Shown piece after piece: positions 28,065 through 39,400 of a stretch of DNA of 64,000 nt (positions are counted from its first letter, which is position 1; each line of letters opens with the position of its first letter). Under the pieces are notes generated by a model. That model was not told the origin of the DNA, searched no databases, and was given only the letters and a program-made list of their open reading frames with translations. This stretch comes from an uncultured virus (IMG/VR IMGVR_UViG_3300025413_000017) (lineage: Duplodnaviria; Heunggongvirae; Uroviricota; Caudoviricetes): positions 1 through 64,000 of IMG/VR virus record IMGVR_UViG_3300025413_000017; one strand, given 5' to 3'. The translations under genes and the position numbers were made by a program.

Positions 28065-28601
28065 TTAGAGAACCTGTTGACCTGGGTAGGTCAAAGCTGA
28101 AGAGTTGTTTACATTTTGGGATTCTTGACGACGGAGATACATCATCTGAACGCTCTTCGGGAATGTCATAGATCCGATATTTACAACTTCGTCTACCATA
28201 ACATTAACTACCACAATACCCATGTAAGTAATCGTTCTGTGATTACCGTTTGGGTTTGTGATTACTTTTGTCACAGTCCAGTCGTTGCCTAATGCACTTC
28301 CTGTTAACTGTGCCCTGAAAACATCCAACAAGTCACTGGCATTTTGAAAACCAGCTCCAGGTAGATATGCCCAGACTTCTGCATCCCATTGTTCACGGAA
28401 TGTAATATCAAGATTACCGGCTTCTAGTGCTGCCGGAAAAGCAATTTCAATTGGATAAGCACTGTCCATTGGTTGAATAGATTGTGCTTGAGCGACAGGG
28501 CGTGGTGCTGTCTCTCTAATAACATCTACATATAGTAGAGGTTGTCCATTAAAGTTGATGGAGGTATAACCACCACCTACGCGAAACTTTGAGGTTGCCA
28601 T
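28065..28601 (-). CDS. Tail tube protein
   Basis: 178 aa, directly after the sheath; P.EI.FP.A..AG.L.I...E.W motif. Confidence 0.75.
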   Translation of the reverse strand: MATSKFRVGGGYTSINFNGQPLLYVDVIRETAPRPVAQAQSIQPMDSAYPIEIAFPAALEAGNLDITFREQWDAEVWAYLPGAGFQNASDLLDVFRAQLTGSALGNDWTVTKVITNPNGNHRTITYMGIVVVNVMVDEVVNIGSMTFPKSVQMMYLRRQESQNVNNSSALTYPGQQVL

Positions 28602-28615
28602 AAGTTACTTTCTTT

Positions 28616-30127
28616 CTAGCCTACGTATGTACTACCAACGTTACTTACAGAAGTAATAGACCCTGTTTGAACATTGACAGATAGGTTAACATTAACGTAG
28701 TTCAGTGGAATTGTTGGTGAGTATTGGAAACTAACAACTACATTTGTAGGATTAGCTGGGTTTGTAGCATAAGTCAGGTTTTGGTAACTCTGAATAAGAT
28801 TAGTATTAACTGCTCTCATCAAAGTTGCCAAGACTGTACTTTGCAAACTTGCTAGTGTATTGTTTGTTAGTGGACTACCAATAAGTGTTGAGTTATTGAG
28901 AGTTTGAGCAATGTTATTACTCAGTCTGTCACCAATTGCTTGAATTGAAAGTTCTTGGGTCAACCAGTTTGTAGTATTTAGTGTCAAACCATGACGTACA
29001 TAAAGTGTACCATTTGCACGTTGTCTAACAACTGTACCACCAAAACTCTGAATTGTAGTACTGTCACTTGCAGAAATTTGGTTAGGAATACTTTGAATTG
29101 CATTTACATTCTTGTGAGTAATTGGAACATAAACATCTGCCTGACCTGTGAATAGACCAGCAAGTGCAGCTGCCAAGTAAATACCATCAACAGTTACATA
29201 ACTAGTACTGATACCAGTAACTGAGTTAAGTCCTGGGTTAACATTAACTTGTTGTGGAACTGCTAAAGTCATTCTTGAACCAGAACCATTAGAACCAATA
29301 GCAGTTGCAATCTTTGAAACTGTGTTGATTAGGTTTGTACCACTAACTGTGGAATCCATACCAACAAATGCTCTTTGATAAACACCGTTGGTTGCTTGAG
29401 CGGTCAAGAAATTGTTAAGTCCACCAAACAATGTTCCAGCACCACTACCACCTGGGTTGTAAGTTGTGTCATACTTAAGTGGAACAATAACGTTAATTCC
29501 AGGAACTTTTACAAGTCCTTGAACTGCGTTTAGGAAGTCTTGCTCAGTACCAGTATTACCGCTAGCACTAATAATGTTTTGACAACTTACAACTTGAGCA
29601 CCATTCTGGAAGGCAAGCCAAGAAGCAAAAGATGCAGGGCTGTTTACAGTTACTGTACCATTATTGTTATAACTGAAAGCAGGACCAAAAGTATTTTGAA
29701 CACTATTAAAGTTATAGAAAGTATAGGTTTGACCTGGAACTGCTGTTGTGTAGTTATAGTTAGTTGCAATCCAACCATTTGCACCAACACCAGCAATTCC
29801 TGATCCACCTGTAATTGTAGTAAGTGTAGTAGTATTATTAACAGTAGTTAATGCATAGTCAGTACCAAGTGTTAATGTTGCTCCGGTTGTATTGTTAGTT
29901 ACTACAACACTAGAAGTTACTACACCGCTTTGAGTTAATGCAAAACTCATAGGGGCTGAAGTTCCGGAAGTTACAAGAAAACGGTCGGTCTGAGGAGCAA
30001 CTGGGTTATTGCCACTAGCATTTGCAAGGAAGCAAATGTTAAGTGATTGGGGGTTGGCTGTAGTAAGTGACGGGTTGGTAACCTGACTTACATAAACCCC
30101 TGGGTTCTGATAGTTGTTAACGGCCAT
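28616..30127 (-). CDS. Contractile tail sheath protein
   Basis: Y..PGVY N-terminus, AFQNGA, YLAAALAG, PIT.K and VRHGLT......ELS motifs. Confidence 0.9.
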   Translation of the reverse strand: MAVNNYQNPGVYVSQVTNPSLTTANPQSLNICFLANASGNNPVAPQTDRFLVTSGTSAPMSFALTQSGVVTSSVVVTNNTTGATLTLGTDYALTTVNNTTTLTTITGGSGIAGVGANGWIATNYNYTTAVPGQTYTFYNFNSVQNTFGPAFSYNNNGTVTVNSPASFASWLAFQNGAQVVSCQNIISASGNTGTEQDFLNAVQGLVKVPGINVIVPLKYDTTYNPGGSGAGTLFGGLNNFLTAQATNGVYQRAFVGMDSTVSGTNLINTVSKIATAIGSNGSGSRMTLAVPQQVNVNPGLNSVTGISTSYVTVDGIYLAAALAGLFTGQADVYVPITHKNVNAIQSIPNQISASDSTTIQSFGGTVVRQRANGTLYVRHGLTLNTTNWLTQELSIQAIGDRLSNNIAQTLNNSTLIGSPLTNNTLASLQSTVLATLMRAVNTNLIQSYQNLTYATNPANPTNVVVSFQYSPTIPLNYVNVNLSVNVQTGSITSVSNVGSTYVG

Positions 30128-30179
30128 AGAGAATTCTCCTTACAGGTACTAAGTATGACATCTTTTTATTTTTACAATG

Positions 30180-30833
30180 TTAAGCTTCAAATTGATAAGA
30201 AAGTGTTCCACTTAATACTACGGTTTGTAGGGTAGGTGTTAGAACATCAAACTTGCTTTCATAGAAGTCACCTACACATTGGATTCTTACAGAGGATTCA
30301 TAACTAAATTCTTCAGGACTCCAGGGTGTTCCAGGAGAAACTGTGTCTCCTAGTGTCTGAACTGTTCCTTGAAGAATTGTCATCCCTACAAGATTATTGT
30401 TTGCTAAACTTTGATAAAATGCATTACTTCCTGGGTTTCCAGGGTTCATTAAGACCAAATTATACAAAGTATCCCATAATTGGTCTCTTTCTTCAGAAGT
30501 TAAAGCAAGAACTTGAAGGTCAATTGACCCTTCAAAGTAACCTGTTCTATCCATAAGTGCGGCTTGAGCACCATAGATATACTGGCCACTTGGTAAAGTG
30601 TAAGTGTCTGGGTAAAGACCACTCCACTGAGTCTTAGAAGGCCTGAACTGGACAAAGATTGCAGGCCAGTGAGCCATCTCTTTTGGATACTCAATTGTTA
30701 CTGAGTTTGGTGTTAGGTCTAAAGTTGAAGAACTTGGTATACCAACTTGACGACCTGATGGGGCAGGATTTATTGCATTAAATCCGGCAACAAGTGCTTC
30801 TACTATTGCAATTTTTACACCTGTAATAAGCAT
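30180..30833 (-). CDS. Tail terminator / completion protein
   Basis: IEYP.....WPAI.V and ALTSEERD.L.D motifs; directly upstream of the sheath; TAATG-coupled start. Confidence 0.65.
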   Translation of the reverse strand: MLITGVKIAIVEALVAGFNAINPAPSGRQVGIPSSSTLDLTPNSVTIEYPKEMAHWPAIFVQFRPSKTQWSGLYPDTYTLPSGQYIYGAQAALMDRTGYFEGSIDLQVLALTSEERDQLWDTLYNLVLMNPGNPGSNAFYQSLANNNLVGMTILQGTVQTLGDTVSPGTPWSPEEFSYESSVRIQCVGDFYESKFDVLTPTLQTVVLSGTLSYQFEA

Positions 30834-31321
30834 TAGCGTAACTCTTTTATAGTCTCTATAAGAAAACGGACTTCGCTCTCTTCTAACATTGAAATAGCTC
30901 CTGCACCTGATGAAGCTCTTGCCCATTCATTAAATGCTTGTTTAAGAGCATTATCAATGAAGTGGCTACCTTTAAGTCCTGGGTACCTCCAACTAATTTT
31001 GGTACTAATAATTCTTCCCTTTTCATCACGAGAAACTATTTTAGTTTTACCAATATTACTAGCAGTAGCAGTCCTAAAAATTATTTGGCCAGAAGGTAAC
31101 CTAATTGGAATTACCTTACCTGAAAGTTCCCACATTACTCTTGGTTTTGCACCAAAATTTTGAACCACCATGTAGTCAGGAGCTTTTATACCAACCATTC
31201 CTTCTGCATTTATTGCTTGAAGTCTAGATGCTCCTGAACCTGTATCCTTAGGCGCATTGTCATAGGCAATCTCCAATGCTCTTCTTGAAATTTGGTAAGT
31301 GACTCTTTCAGGTAATTTCAT
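30833..31321 (-). CDS. Neck / tail completion protein (HK97 gp10-like)
   Basis: AP.DTG motif and W.YPG..G..FI..AL; basic; position in the neck block. Confidence 0.55.
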   Translation of the reverse strand: MKLPERVTYQISRRALEIAYDNAPKDTGSGASRLQAINAEGMVGIKAPDYMVVQNFGAKPRVMWELSGKVIPIRLPSGQIIFRTATASNIGKTKIVSRDEKGRIISTKISWRYPGLKGSHFIDNALKQAFNEWARASSGAGAISMLEESEVRFLIETIKELR

Positions 31322-32088
31322 ATAACTGGTACCGAATAGTAAGGACTGTCAGGTGGTAATGCTTCTAGTGTACAAGTTTGATTTACAATTTTATTTGTAT
31401 TCTGAAAAGGTTGTGTAGTACCAACTCTATAAGGGTATTGAGAACTTGGACCAGGACCTGTACGAATAGTAACTGGATTAACATTATTTACTTGAAATCT
31501 CTGTGAAGTAAAAGTTGGGACATTACCGTTCCAATTTTCAACTCTAACAACCAAATCACCTTGGCGAATTTGTGGATACCATGAGAATTGAACAGATGGA
31601 TTCTGTTGCCAGAATTGACCAACTTGCATACTTCTACGAATATCAGGTGTATCAGATGCTAACATGTAAAGGTGATAGGCAATAGGTTGAAAACCACCTG
31701 TAAATGTAGTACCATAACAATCAGGGCAATAACTGTTACCACTTTGTCTGTAAACAGCACTTGCTCTTGCTTTAACATTGGCATTAGGTTGTGTTGGGTT
31801 TGGAGTTACTTGGCATGTCTGGCAGTAAGTAACTAATCCAGCGGCTGCATCTTCTGCACGCCAAAGTAATCTAACAATGCACTCTTCGCCAAACCATTGC
31901 AAAGTTTCATCATGAAATCTTTGTTGGTCAATTTCTGCCCAAAGGTCTCTTTGCTTTACTACTAGTAAAGGACTTTCTTGTTGGTAAGGAAGTTGACCAA
32001 AAGGTTCAGGTGCAGGTTGTACCGGCAAAGGTTGTGGGTCAATACCAAGTCCCCAAGTATTTGGAATGTCATTAGGGACATTAGACAT
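31318..32088 (-). CDS. Head-tail connector (stopper-like) with Cys motifs
   Basis: CxxC...CPDCYGT.F.GG motif; position in the neck block. Confidence 0.6.
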   Translation of the reverse strand: MSNVPNDIPNTWGLGIDPQPLPVQPAPEPFGQLPYQQESPLLVVKQRDLWAEIDQQRFHDETLQWFGEECIVRLLWRAEDAAAGLVTYCQTCQVTPNPTQPNANVKARASAVYRQSGNSYCPDCYGTTFTGGFQPIAYHLYMLASDTPDIRRSMQVGQFWQQNPSVQFSWYPQIRQGDLVVRVENWNGNVPTFTSQRFQVNNVNPVTIRTGPGPSSQYPYRVGTTQPFQNTNKIVNQTCTLEALPPDSPYYSVPVI

Positions 32089-32954
32089 TAAATACCACCA
32101 GCGTTAACTGAGGCATACATGTAGTGAGGACGTGCTGGATTGGTAAACATACGTGGAATAAGTCCACCAGCAACCAAAAGACTTCTCTTAGAACCAACCA
32201 TGTATTGACGCTTCATTTGGCGAAGTTGCTTATCTGCAATTTCTTTTTCAAATTCATAAAGTTGCCACCAACGTTGATAGTAGTCACGGCGATTCATCCA
32301 AGCCGCTGTCATACCTTCAGGTGTTGGTTGTTCAATGTAGTTACGAGCAATGTGCTTTAAGAAGTTTGCATATGTTTGAGTTGCAAGAACACCCATGTAA
32401 GTTGAAGGCCATGGTGCCATTGCATTATTCCCAACTTCATAAGCTGGTGTAAAAATTGGTTGGAATTCAAAGTTGCAATAGTCAAGTGCTTCTGTACTCA
32501 TGATGTATGCTACTTCTTCAAACAAGTTAAAACCACTTTGTTGAAGTTCTTGCAAGTAAGGCCCACCTTGAGTTGAGTCAAAACTCTTGTCAATTCTGTG
32601 AGCAATGCCTATGGCTATTTGTCTTTGGTCGTAAGTTAAATTTTGGAAATAAGGCATTTGGTCAGTTATCACCAAATTATCTTGATATTGTCTTCCACTA
32701 CCACTAACAGTGTAATACCAATTTACTTGGTAATTTCCTTGAATACTAGATTCTGAACTTGTAAGTGTATACTGATATTGACCAACACTTTCACGGGTGG
32801 CAAGTGTACCGCTAGGAATAACAGTTGTATTATTGTCTGTATTTACCATTGTAAGTGTGACAATATCGTTATCAGGGTCAATAAGTACACCGTTAGAATA
32901 AATCATAATTCCAACTGGTTCAATTGCATATTGAGGTACGGGTCTTGGTCTCAT
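32088..32954 (-). CDS. Head-to-tail adaptor / neck protein with N-terminal Ig-like domain
   Basis: G.Y.Y.......G.Y...W.Y Ig-like strand pattern, then Y.EQP and RRDY..RW. Confidence 0.6.
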   Translation of the reverse strand: MRPRPVPQYAIEPVGIMIYSNGVLIDPDNDIVTLTMVNTDNNTTVIPSGTLATRESVGQYQYTLTSSESSIQGNYQVNWYYTVSGSGRQYQDNLVITDQMPYFQNLTYDQRQIAIGIAHRIDKSFDSTQGGPYLQELQQSGFNLFEEVAYIMSTEALDYCNFEFQPIFTPAYEVGNNAMAPWPSTYMGVLATQTYANFLKHIARNYIEQPTPEGMTAAWMNRRDYYQRWWQLYEFEKEIADKQLRQMKRQYMVGSKRSLLVAGGLIPRMFTNPARPHYMYASVNAGGI

Positions 32955-32963
32955 ATTTTATCC

Positions 32964-34829
32964 TTAAAAAGTAATTGTCCCACTGCTACCACCGGTACTA
33001 CCAGAACCCCATATATAAATAACATTTCCTGAAGCATCTGTTCCAGCAAATTCTACACCAGTAGTACTTGGAGTTCCTGGGTAATTACTTGATGACCACC
33101 AGAATGCTACCATACCACCACTGCCTTGTTGTTCCCAAGCACCTCCACCACCATAAGAACCACCATTATTGCCATTACCATTACCGTTAGCGGCTGTACC
33201 GTGACCTTCACCACCATAACCAATTGGCAAATAAGTTCCTCCACCTGCAAAAGAAATGTAAATACTTCCCCAGTATGCCCCACCATTACCACCAATACTA
33301 TTCCCCGTAGTAGTACCTGTACCAGCTGCACCATTGCCAGCAGCACCAGCACCTCCACCGCCTCGATAACTAGCTCCTGCTCCACCACTATAACCATTAC
33401 CGCTGCTACCACCAGAGCCTTTATTACCAGTGCCTGGTGATCCAGAAGCTCCACCATTACCACCACCTGCAGTGGAAACTATACCGCCAGTAACTACTGT
33501 TGCAGAGCCTGCATTACCGCCATTTTGTCCGCCAATATAAGTTCCACCAGCACCCGTACTAATAGAGATGGCATTTCCAAGAGTAACAGAAGTTGAACCA
33601 GTTACAACTTGACCTGCTCCACCACCTGTATACCAACCACCACCACCTCCACCACCCACTACAATATAGTTAACAGTAAGTGTTGTAGCTGCTGGAGTTA
33701 CATTATTACTTGTAGCATTTGCAGAACCTGTACCATTAGTAGTAGTAACAGTAAAGGTATAAGAAGTCCCTGGAACAAAACTTCCAGTTACACTTGCACT
33801 TGTTGAAGTACTTGTAGTACTGTAACTCAATGATATAGAAGGTGTACTAGATATACTAATACTATTAATTGGACCTCCACCTGTAGGTAGACTCCAACTT
33901 AAAGCAACAGTAGTAGAGTTTGTTACAGTGGCAGTAAGTCCTGTAACTGCATTTGGAGCAACACCTGTAACAGAATATGTAACAGTAGTTTGCCCTGTGT
34001 TACCAAGTGAATCTTTGGCATAAAAAGTAACTGTAAATGTACCACCTGCACCAGCAGTTGCAACAGTTCCTGTAATAGAACCACTACTTCCATAACTTGG
34101 GTAAGATGCTCCAAAACTAGTTCCTGTAGGCAAATTACCAGCATAGGAATAAGTGTAAGGACCAGTTCCACCAGTTGCACTAATGGTTCCCATACTGGCA
34201 CCATCAGTTTTAACAATAGTTCCTGAACCATCACTGTCACTTACAGTTAATGTTACAGTAATTGAGAAAGTAACCGAACTAGATGTAACTTGGTTACTGT
34301 CTGCATCAACTACTTTAAAGGTTACAGTGCTTGTTCCACCTGTAGTTGGGGTTCCTGTTATTGCACCTGTACTAGTATTTAAAGTAAGTCCATTAGGTAA
34401 ACTACCAGAATTAACTGAATACACATAACTTCCTGCACCACCTGTTGCTGTAATAGAACTACTATATGGAGTTCCTATAGAACCTGAAGTATTAAGACTT
34501 GCGGTAGAAAGTGCAAGTGCTGTTGTAACTGTAAATGTAACAGAACCTTGTTTAGTAAAACTTGTACTGATATCTGTTACAGTAAAAGTAACTGTATAAC
34601 TACCAGTTGCTGCTGTTATATTACCAGAAAGGTAACCTGTACTTGCATTAAGTGTTAATCCTGTGGGGAGTGCTGTAGAACTAAAACTATAAACTGTACT
34701 ACCACCTGTAGCACTTACATAACCAAAATTTATAGTTTTCCCAGTGTAAAGTCTTGTAGTTACATTACTGGTAATTATTGCTAAGGGACCAGTAAGTCGC
34801 CAAGAAGATGCAATTACCCCAGGAATCAT
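32964..34829 (-). CDS. Adhesin with putative Ig (He_PIG) repeats, an Fn3 domain and a C-terminal glycine-rich domain
   Basis: Three LP.G..(LN.STG.I.G.P) repeats, P.A.TGL.AT......V.LSW..P Fn3 pattern, and YIVVGGGGGGG domain start. Confidence 0.75.
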   Translation of the reverse strand: MIPGVIASSWRLTGPLAIITSNVTTRLYTGKTINFGYVSATGGSTVYSFSSTALPTGLTLNASTGYLSGNITAATGSYTVTFTVTDISTSFTKQGSVTFTVTTALALSTASLNTSGSIGTPYSSSITATGGAGSYVYSVNSGSLPNGLTLNTSTGAITGTPTTGGTSTVTFKVVDADSNQVTSSSVTFSITVTLTVSDSDGSGTIVKTDGASMGTISATGGTGPYTYSYAGNLPTGTSFGASYPSYGSSGSITGTVATAGAGGTFTVTFYAKDSLGNTGQTTVTYSVTGVAPNAVTGLTATVTNSTTVALSWSLPTGGGPINSISISSTPSISLSYSTTSTSTSASVTGSFVPGTSYTFTVTTTNGTGSANATSNNVTPAATTLTVNYIVVGGGGGGGWYTGGGAGQVVTGSTSVTLGNAISISTGAGGTYIGGQNGGNAGSATVVTGGIVSTAGGGNGGASGSPGTGNKGSGGSSGNGYSGGAGASYRGGGGAGAAGNGAAGTGTTTGNSIGGNGGAYWGSIYISFAGGGTYLPIGYGGEGHGTAANGNGNGNNGGSYGGGGAWEQQGSGGMVAFWWSSSNYPGTPSTTGVEFAGTDASGNVIYIWGSGSTGGSSGTITF

Positions 34830-34831
34830 GA

Positions 34832-35947
34832 CTAGGCAACATCTCCGGTTACCAACCAAGTGTTGGTTCCTAAATAAATTGCTGTAGCAACTGAATATTG
34901 AGCTCTCATTGCAGGACTTGATGCAGTTGCACCTGTAGAAATTAATGTTCCTGAACTAGTGAAAAGAACTGCCCCGGTATTTTGACGAAGTATACTTGTT
35001 TGTTGACCAGTAGCAAAAATACCTGTTGGTAATGTAACAGTTGCAGTTGCAGTATTTTGCATTTGAATAATGTTTGCGGCATCAGTCAATTGAACTGTGT
35101 AAGTTGTCCCTGTAACTGTAGTTAATCCATAAGTAACATTGGCAACTGAAAGTGCAATGTTAGGACCATTAAGTGTTCCAGAAACTGTACTTGCAGGAAT
35201 TACTACCCCACCACTAAGTATACCTGTAATTTGAGAACCTGAAATAGTTCCTGTTATTGCATTACCAGAAATTGTAGCTTGGTTAAGTGCACCAGTTACA
35301 CCACTTGCAGAAAGTGGTCCAAATACTTGACTACCGGGAACTTGAAAACTAGTAGTTGCGTTTCCTGAAAGGGTTGTTGCAGGTACTTGAACACCATAAG
35401 TAGTTCCTAGTACCCCACTAACTTGAGCTGCTGGAATGTTACTGGTAATTTGTTTACCACTTATGGTAACTCCAGGGCCAGTAAGGAAACCTGAAAGCAT
35501 AGTACCAGGGGTGTACATACTCCATACTGCAGTTGTAGTTGATGGACTTGCTGTACCACTTGATACTAACATGTACATATCACCCATAGGAGTAGGCATG
35601 TCACCATTTGCAACCATATTGGTTAGACCAAAGTCTTGTGGTGTTGCACCGTGAGCATATACTGTACCATTTGCCCAACTACCACCATTAGCAGTACCTT
35701 CTTGAGCACGGGCACAAGTTGCTGTACTACCACCAGTGTAACTAAAAACATAAACAATTTCACTTGCGGCTGTACTACCATAGGTGGCAGGGTTAATTGT
35801 TAGTGGTAAGTAATTTGTACCACTAGTAATTATGCTTGGTCCTAGTGCCCCAGTTGTTGAAAAGGTAATAACATTACCAGCACTAATACCACTAATGGTT
35901 CCTGTTATAAAATTATAACGAAGTCTTTGTCCGTAAGGGCCAGCCAT
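34832..35947 (-). CDS. Fibre anchor/shaft protein, Ser-Gly rich
   Basis: EIVYV...RAQEGT N-terminal domain, xSG-rich middle, and TYT....D....TVTLP...QYS.A......NTWLV.GD C-terminal domain. Confidence 0.6.
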   Translation of the reverse strand: MAGPYGQRLRYNFITGTISGISAGNVITFSTTGALGPSIITSGTNYLPLTINPATYGSTAASEIVYVFSYTGGSTATCARAQEGTANGGSWANGTVYAHGATPQDFGLTNMVANGDMPTPMGDMYMLVSSGTASPSTTTAVWSMYTPGTMLSGFLTGPGVTISGKQITSNIPAAQVSGVLGTTYGVQVPATTLSGNATTSFQVPGSQVFGPLSASGVTGALNQATISGNAITGTISGSQITGILSGGVVIPASTVSGTLNGPNIALSVANVTYGLTTVTGTTYTVQLTDAANIIQMQNTATATVTLPTGIFATGQQTSILRQNTGAVLFTSSGTLISTGATASSPAMRAQYSVATAIYLGTNTWLVTGDVA

Positions 35948-35953
35948 TTAGTC

Positions 35954-36445
35954 CTACTTTGTTTGTGGAGTGTGTGAAGAATGTGCGTTAATAGCACTAG
36001 TGTTAAAACGAAGATAAGTTTGAGGCTTACGGCCATCTTGGTTAACGTGAACATAAGATGGGTCACCTTGTTGTCCCATTGAAATAGTCAATGGATTGGT
36101 TGCATTAGGACCTGTTACATCTACAATTAGAGCAGTGTGTTCACCGGTCCCAGGACCATAAACAATAACATCTCCAGGAAGAACATCCTTAAGTGCAATC
36201 TTTTTACCATGAGAAAGTAGTGTTCCTGTGTATCCTGTGTGGTTGTAACTTTGACCATTTGGATCTGGTGCACCGGCCCAGTTATAGCAAAGAGTTACAA
36301 AAGCAGAACAATCAGAATTTACTGGTAATGCACCAGGCCTTCCAATATTGGTCATGCGTAAAGGACCTTCAGTGTAATTAAATTTTGCGTGGTTTGCAGC
36401 TGACCACTTGGCCCAATCTACAATTGTTTGTCTTACATCAGTCAT
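35954..36445 (-). CDS. NlpC/P60 peptidoglycan peptidase (candidate endolysin)
   Basis: SDCSAFV catalytic Cys, PGDVIVYG and HTAL catalytic His. Confidence 0.8.
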   Translation of the reverse strand: MTDVRQTIVDWAKWSAANHAKFNYTEGPLRMTNIGRPGALPVNSDCSAFVTLCYNWAGAPDPNGQSYNHTGYTGTLLSHGKKIALKDVLPGDVIVYGPGTGEHTALIVDVTGPNATNPLTISMGQQGDPSYVHVNQDGRKPQTYLRFNTSAINAHSSHTPQTK

Positions 36446-36490
36446 AATATCTCCTATGTTCCTTAAATGAGTTTTTAGTTCTAGTACATT

Positions 36491-39400
36491 TTACTTGGGT
36501 TCAGGAATAGTATCAAAACCCAGTTCATCATTGGTTTCTGAATAATCTACTGGGCCTTCATCATAGATAACAGGTCCGTCTCCAGGTACAGATTCACCAT
36601 TATTAGGTGTGGTCCATTGGTCACTAATATTAAGTTGTTGATTAGATGCTCTAGAAATAACCGGAATGTTAATCTTAGTTGTAATTCCTTGCTTCCTAGA
36701 AATATTACTTATTACTGGAATGTTAAGCTTAGTAATAATATTTTGAGCCATGCGGTAAATGGCTTCTACTTGAATACCTAAGTGTTTTCCAAGATATTTT
36801 CTAGAAGTAATTGAACCTACAGAAGTTGCTTTAGCTTTTCTAATATAGTTAACACTACGATTAGTACCAATAGAGTAAGAAGTAGTAACTTTAACATTTC
36901 TACGGTATTGGTGAGTTCTAGTAACAGTTGCACCAACAACTTGATTAGCGGTTGCCTTTCGGTTGTAATGTCTAATTCTCATAAAGTAAGAAGTGTTAGT
37001 TAGTAGAGCTTTAACATATCTTACACGATGTTTAGTATTAGTATTTATAGAAGTTCTAACTTGAGTTGCTCTAATGTTACGACTTCTAACATACTGAACT
37101 TTAGAACTATTAACTTGTACTGCAGAAAATACTCTACGAACTTTAACTACACTAAACCTAGAAACATTAGTTTGTAATACCCTAACTTTTTTACTGCGAG
37201 TAGTTGTAATTCTAGGTATAGAAATATTTGTTGCTCTAATAACTTTAAGTTGATTTCTTCTTAAGAAAGAAGAATTAACATTAAGTACCTTTATATTTTT
37301 AAGTTGAACTTTATATATTCTTGGAATATTAAGTTGAGTAACTCTAATATTTCTAATTCTTACAGTAATAGATCTACTTGAATTAACTAAAGTGGCTTGA
37401 GCTTTACGTACTCTGTTTGCAATTCTAAGCAATGAGGCTGTGTTTATTCTAGTAACTGATACTTTTCTAAAAAACTGAGAACTTTTTAAAACTTTAGCAG
37501 AATATAAAATTACAGCCTTACCGGTATCTTTTTGAAAGTTTCTGAAATCACCAAAATAGAAAACTTCTACAGCGGTTGGGAATCTAAGAAGTGCTTTACG
37601 TCTATAATTTTTAGTTATATTAATTGATGTTGCAGGAGAAACTGCTTTACCCCTAGTAATATATCTAGGTGGTGCTATATTAATTAATGTTGCTCTAACA
37701 GTTTTAACTCTTGTTGTAGAAACTTTAGCAATATTATTTAATGAAGCATAAATATTCTTTGTTCTAACTGTACGAAGCTTAGAACTACTTAAAGTAGTAG
37801 AATATATCATCTTATTTCTAGAATAACGAGGTTTAGCAATATTGAATAAAGTAACTGTTATATTTCTGAAATCTGTTCTTTGTTTAAATACACTAGCAGT
37901 ATTAATTAAGGTAACTTTAACTGCACGAATTGGATTGTGTACTTTAATAAAGTAAGAACTTCTTATTTGTGTTACTGAAATTCTTTTAACTGGGTTGAAT
38001 ACTTTAATAGCATAAGAAGTATTAGTTTTTGAAACACGAATTAATTTACTTATACTTTTAAGAGACTTAGCTGCATTAGTAGAAACAGCTTTTATATTTC
38101 TTCCTCTAATATAGTGTATTACACCAACACCAACTTGAGTTGCATTGTAGTTTCTACTTCTGAAAGTAGTTCTTATAAGACTAGCACTATTAAATTGAGT
38201 GACAGAAGCAAACTTACCTTTAAAAACTAACTTAACAGCCCTACTTATATTAACTTGAACTGCATTTATAAGCCTAACTCTAACAATTGGTGGTCTTAAA
38301 GCAAAAGCAGTATTTGTAAGTAAAGCTTGAACTTTTTTAATTCTTAAGTATTGTAAACTTTGAGCACTAACTTGTACAACTGAAATTAATTTTGGTAGTT
38401 TGATAAATGAAGCTTTTACATAAATAGTTCCAGTAAAGGATGCAACTGCTGTTCTATTTAAAGTTCTTTGTGATGGGAATAGTGTTTCACCACCAAATAA
38501 TGCTTGGGAGATTTGGCGACCGGTATACTTAACTACTCTATTAATATTTTCAATAAAGTAAGAAGTGTTAACTCTAACTATAGTTACATTTTTACTTATT
38601 GCTTTAGAAGTTCTAGCTGCACCAATAACAGAGGCAATAGCAGACTTAGGAAGTGAAATTGGTGGTTGTGGAGAAGGAAGGTATGCTGAGCCACGGTTAA
38701 AAGCATTGGTGATATATACACCAAGATTAAAGTTAGCTCTAGTAACCCCATCTAGTGCAATACTTGCTGAAGTTTGAAGGACTTTAATAAATGCAGTTCT
38801 AGTCTTTTGTACACTAGCTGCACCAACATTTACAGCATTTATTAACTTATAAAGTGTATAAATAATAGGAACTATATAGTAAGCAGTTCCACCTTTAAAG
38901 GCAGCAGAAATTTGGTTACCAAGAGTCCAGTTACGTCCAATACCTTCAAGTGCAATACTTCCAGAAGTTTGTTGTGAAAAGATAAAAAATGATTTTAATC
39001 TTCTTATACCGGCCGCTCCAATTTGGGAAGCATAAACTGTTCTGTTAAGTCCGGTTTGTATTGTAGGGTAGTAGTATTCCAATCCACCTTTAAATGAATT
39101 AGATATTTGTTCTCCAACTAATTGAAAGTTACCAATATATCTCTGAATACCTTCTAGGGCACTACTTGCATACCCTTGTATTGCTGTAATTACTTTACTT
39201 GTAGTTTTTTGTACGGGAGCAGCTACACTAATATTTGAAGCACTGACCGAACGTTGTTGGATTCTAACTGGGAAGAGTAAATTACTGCCTCTATTAAAAA
39301 GGTTGGTAATATAAACATAGGTATTGCCAAGGGTAGGTGGGAGTAATCTAAAAACTTTACTTGGTGCAGAAGTTGTAACAAAAACATTTGCTACAAGATT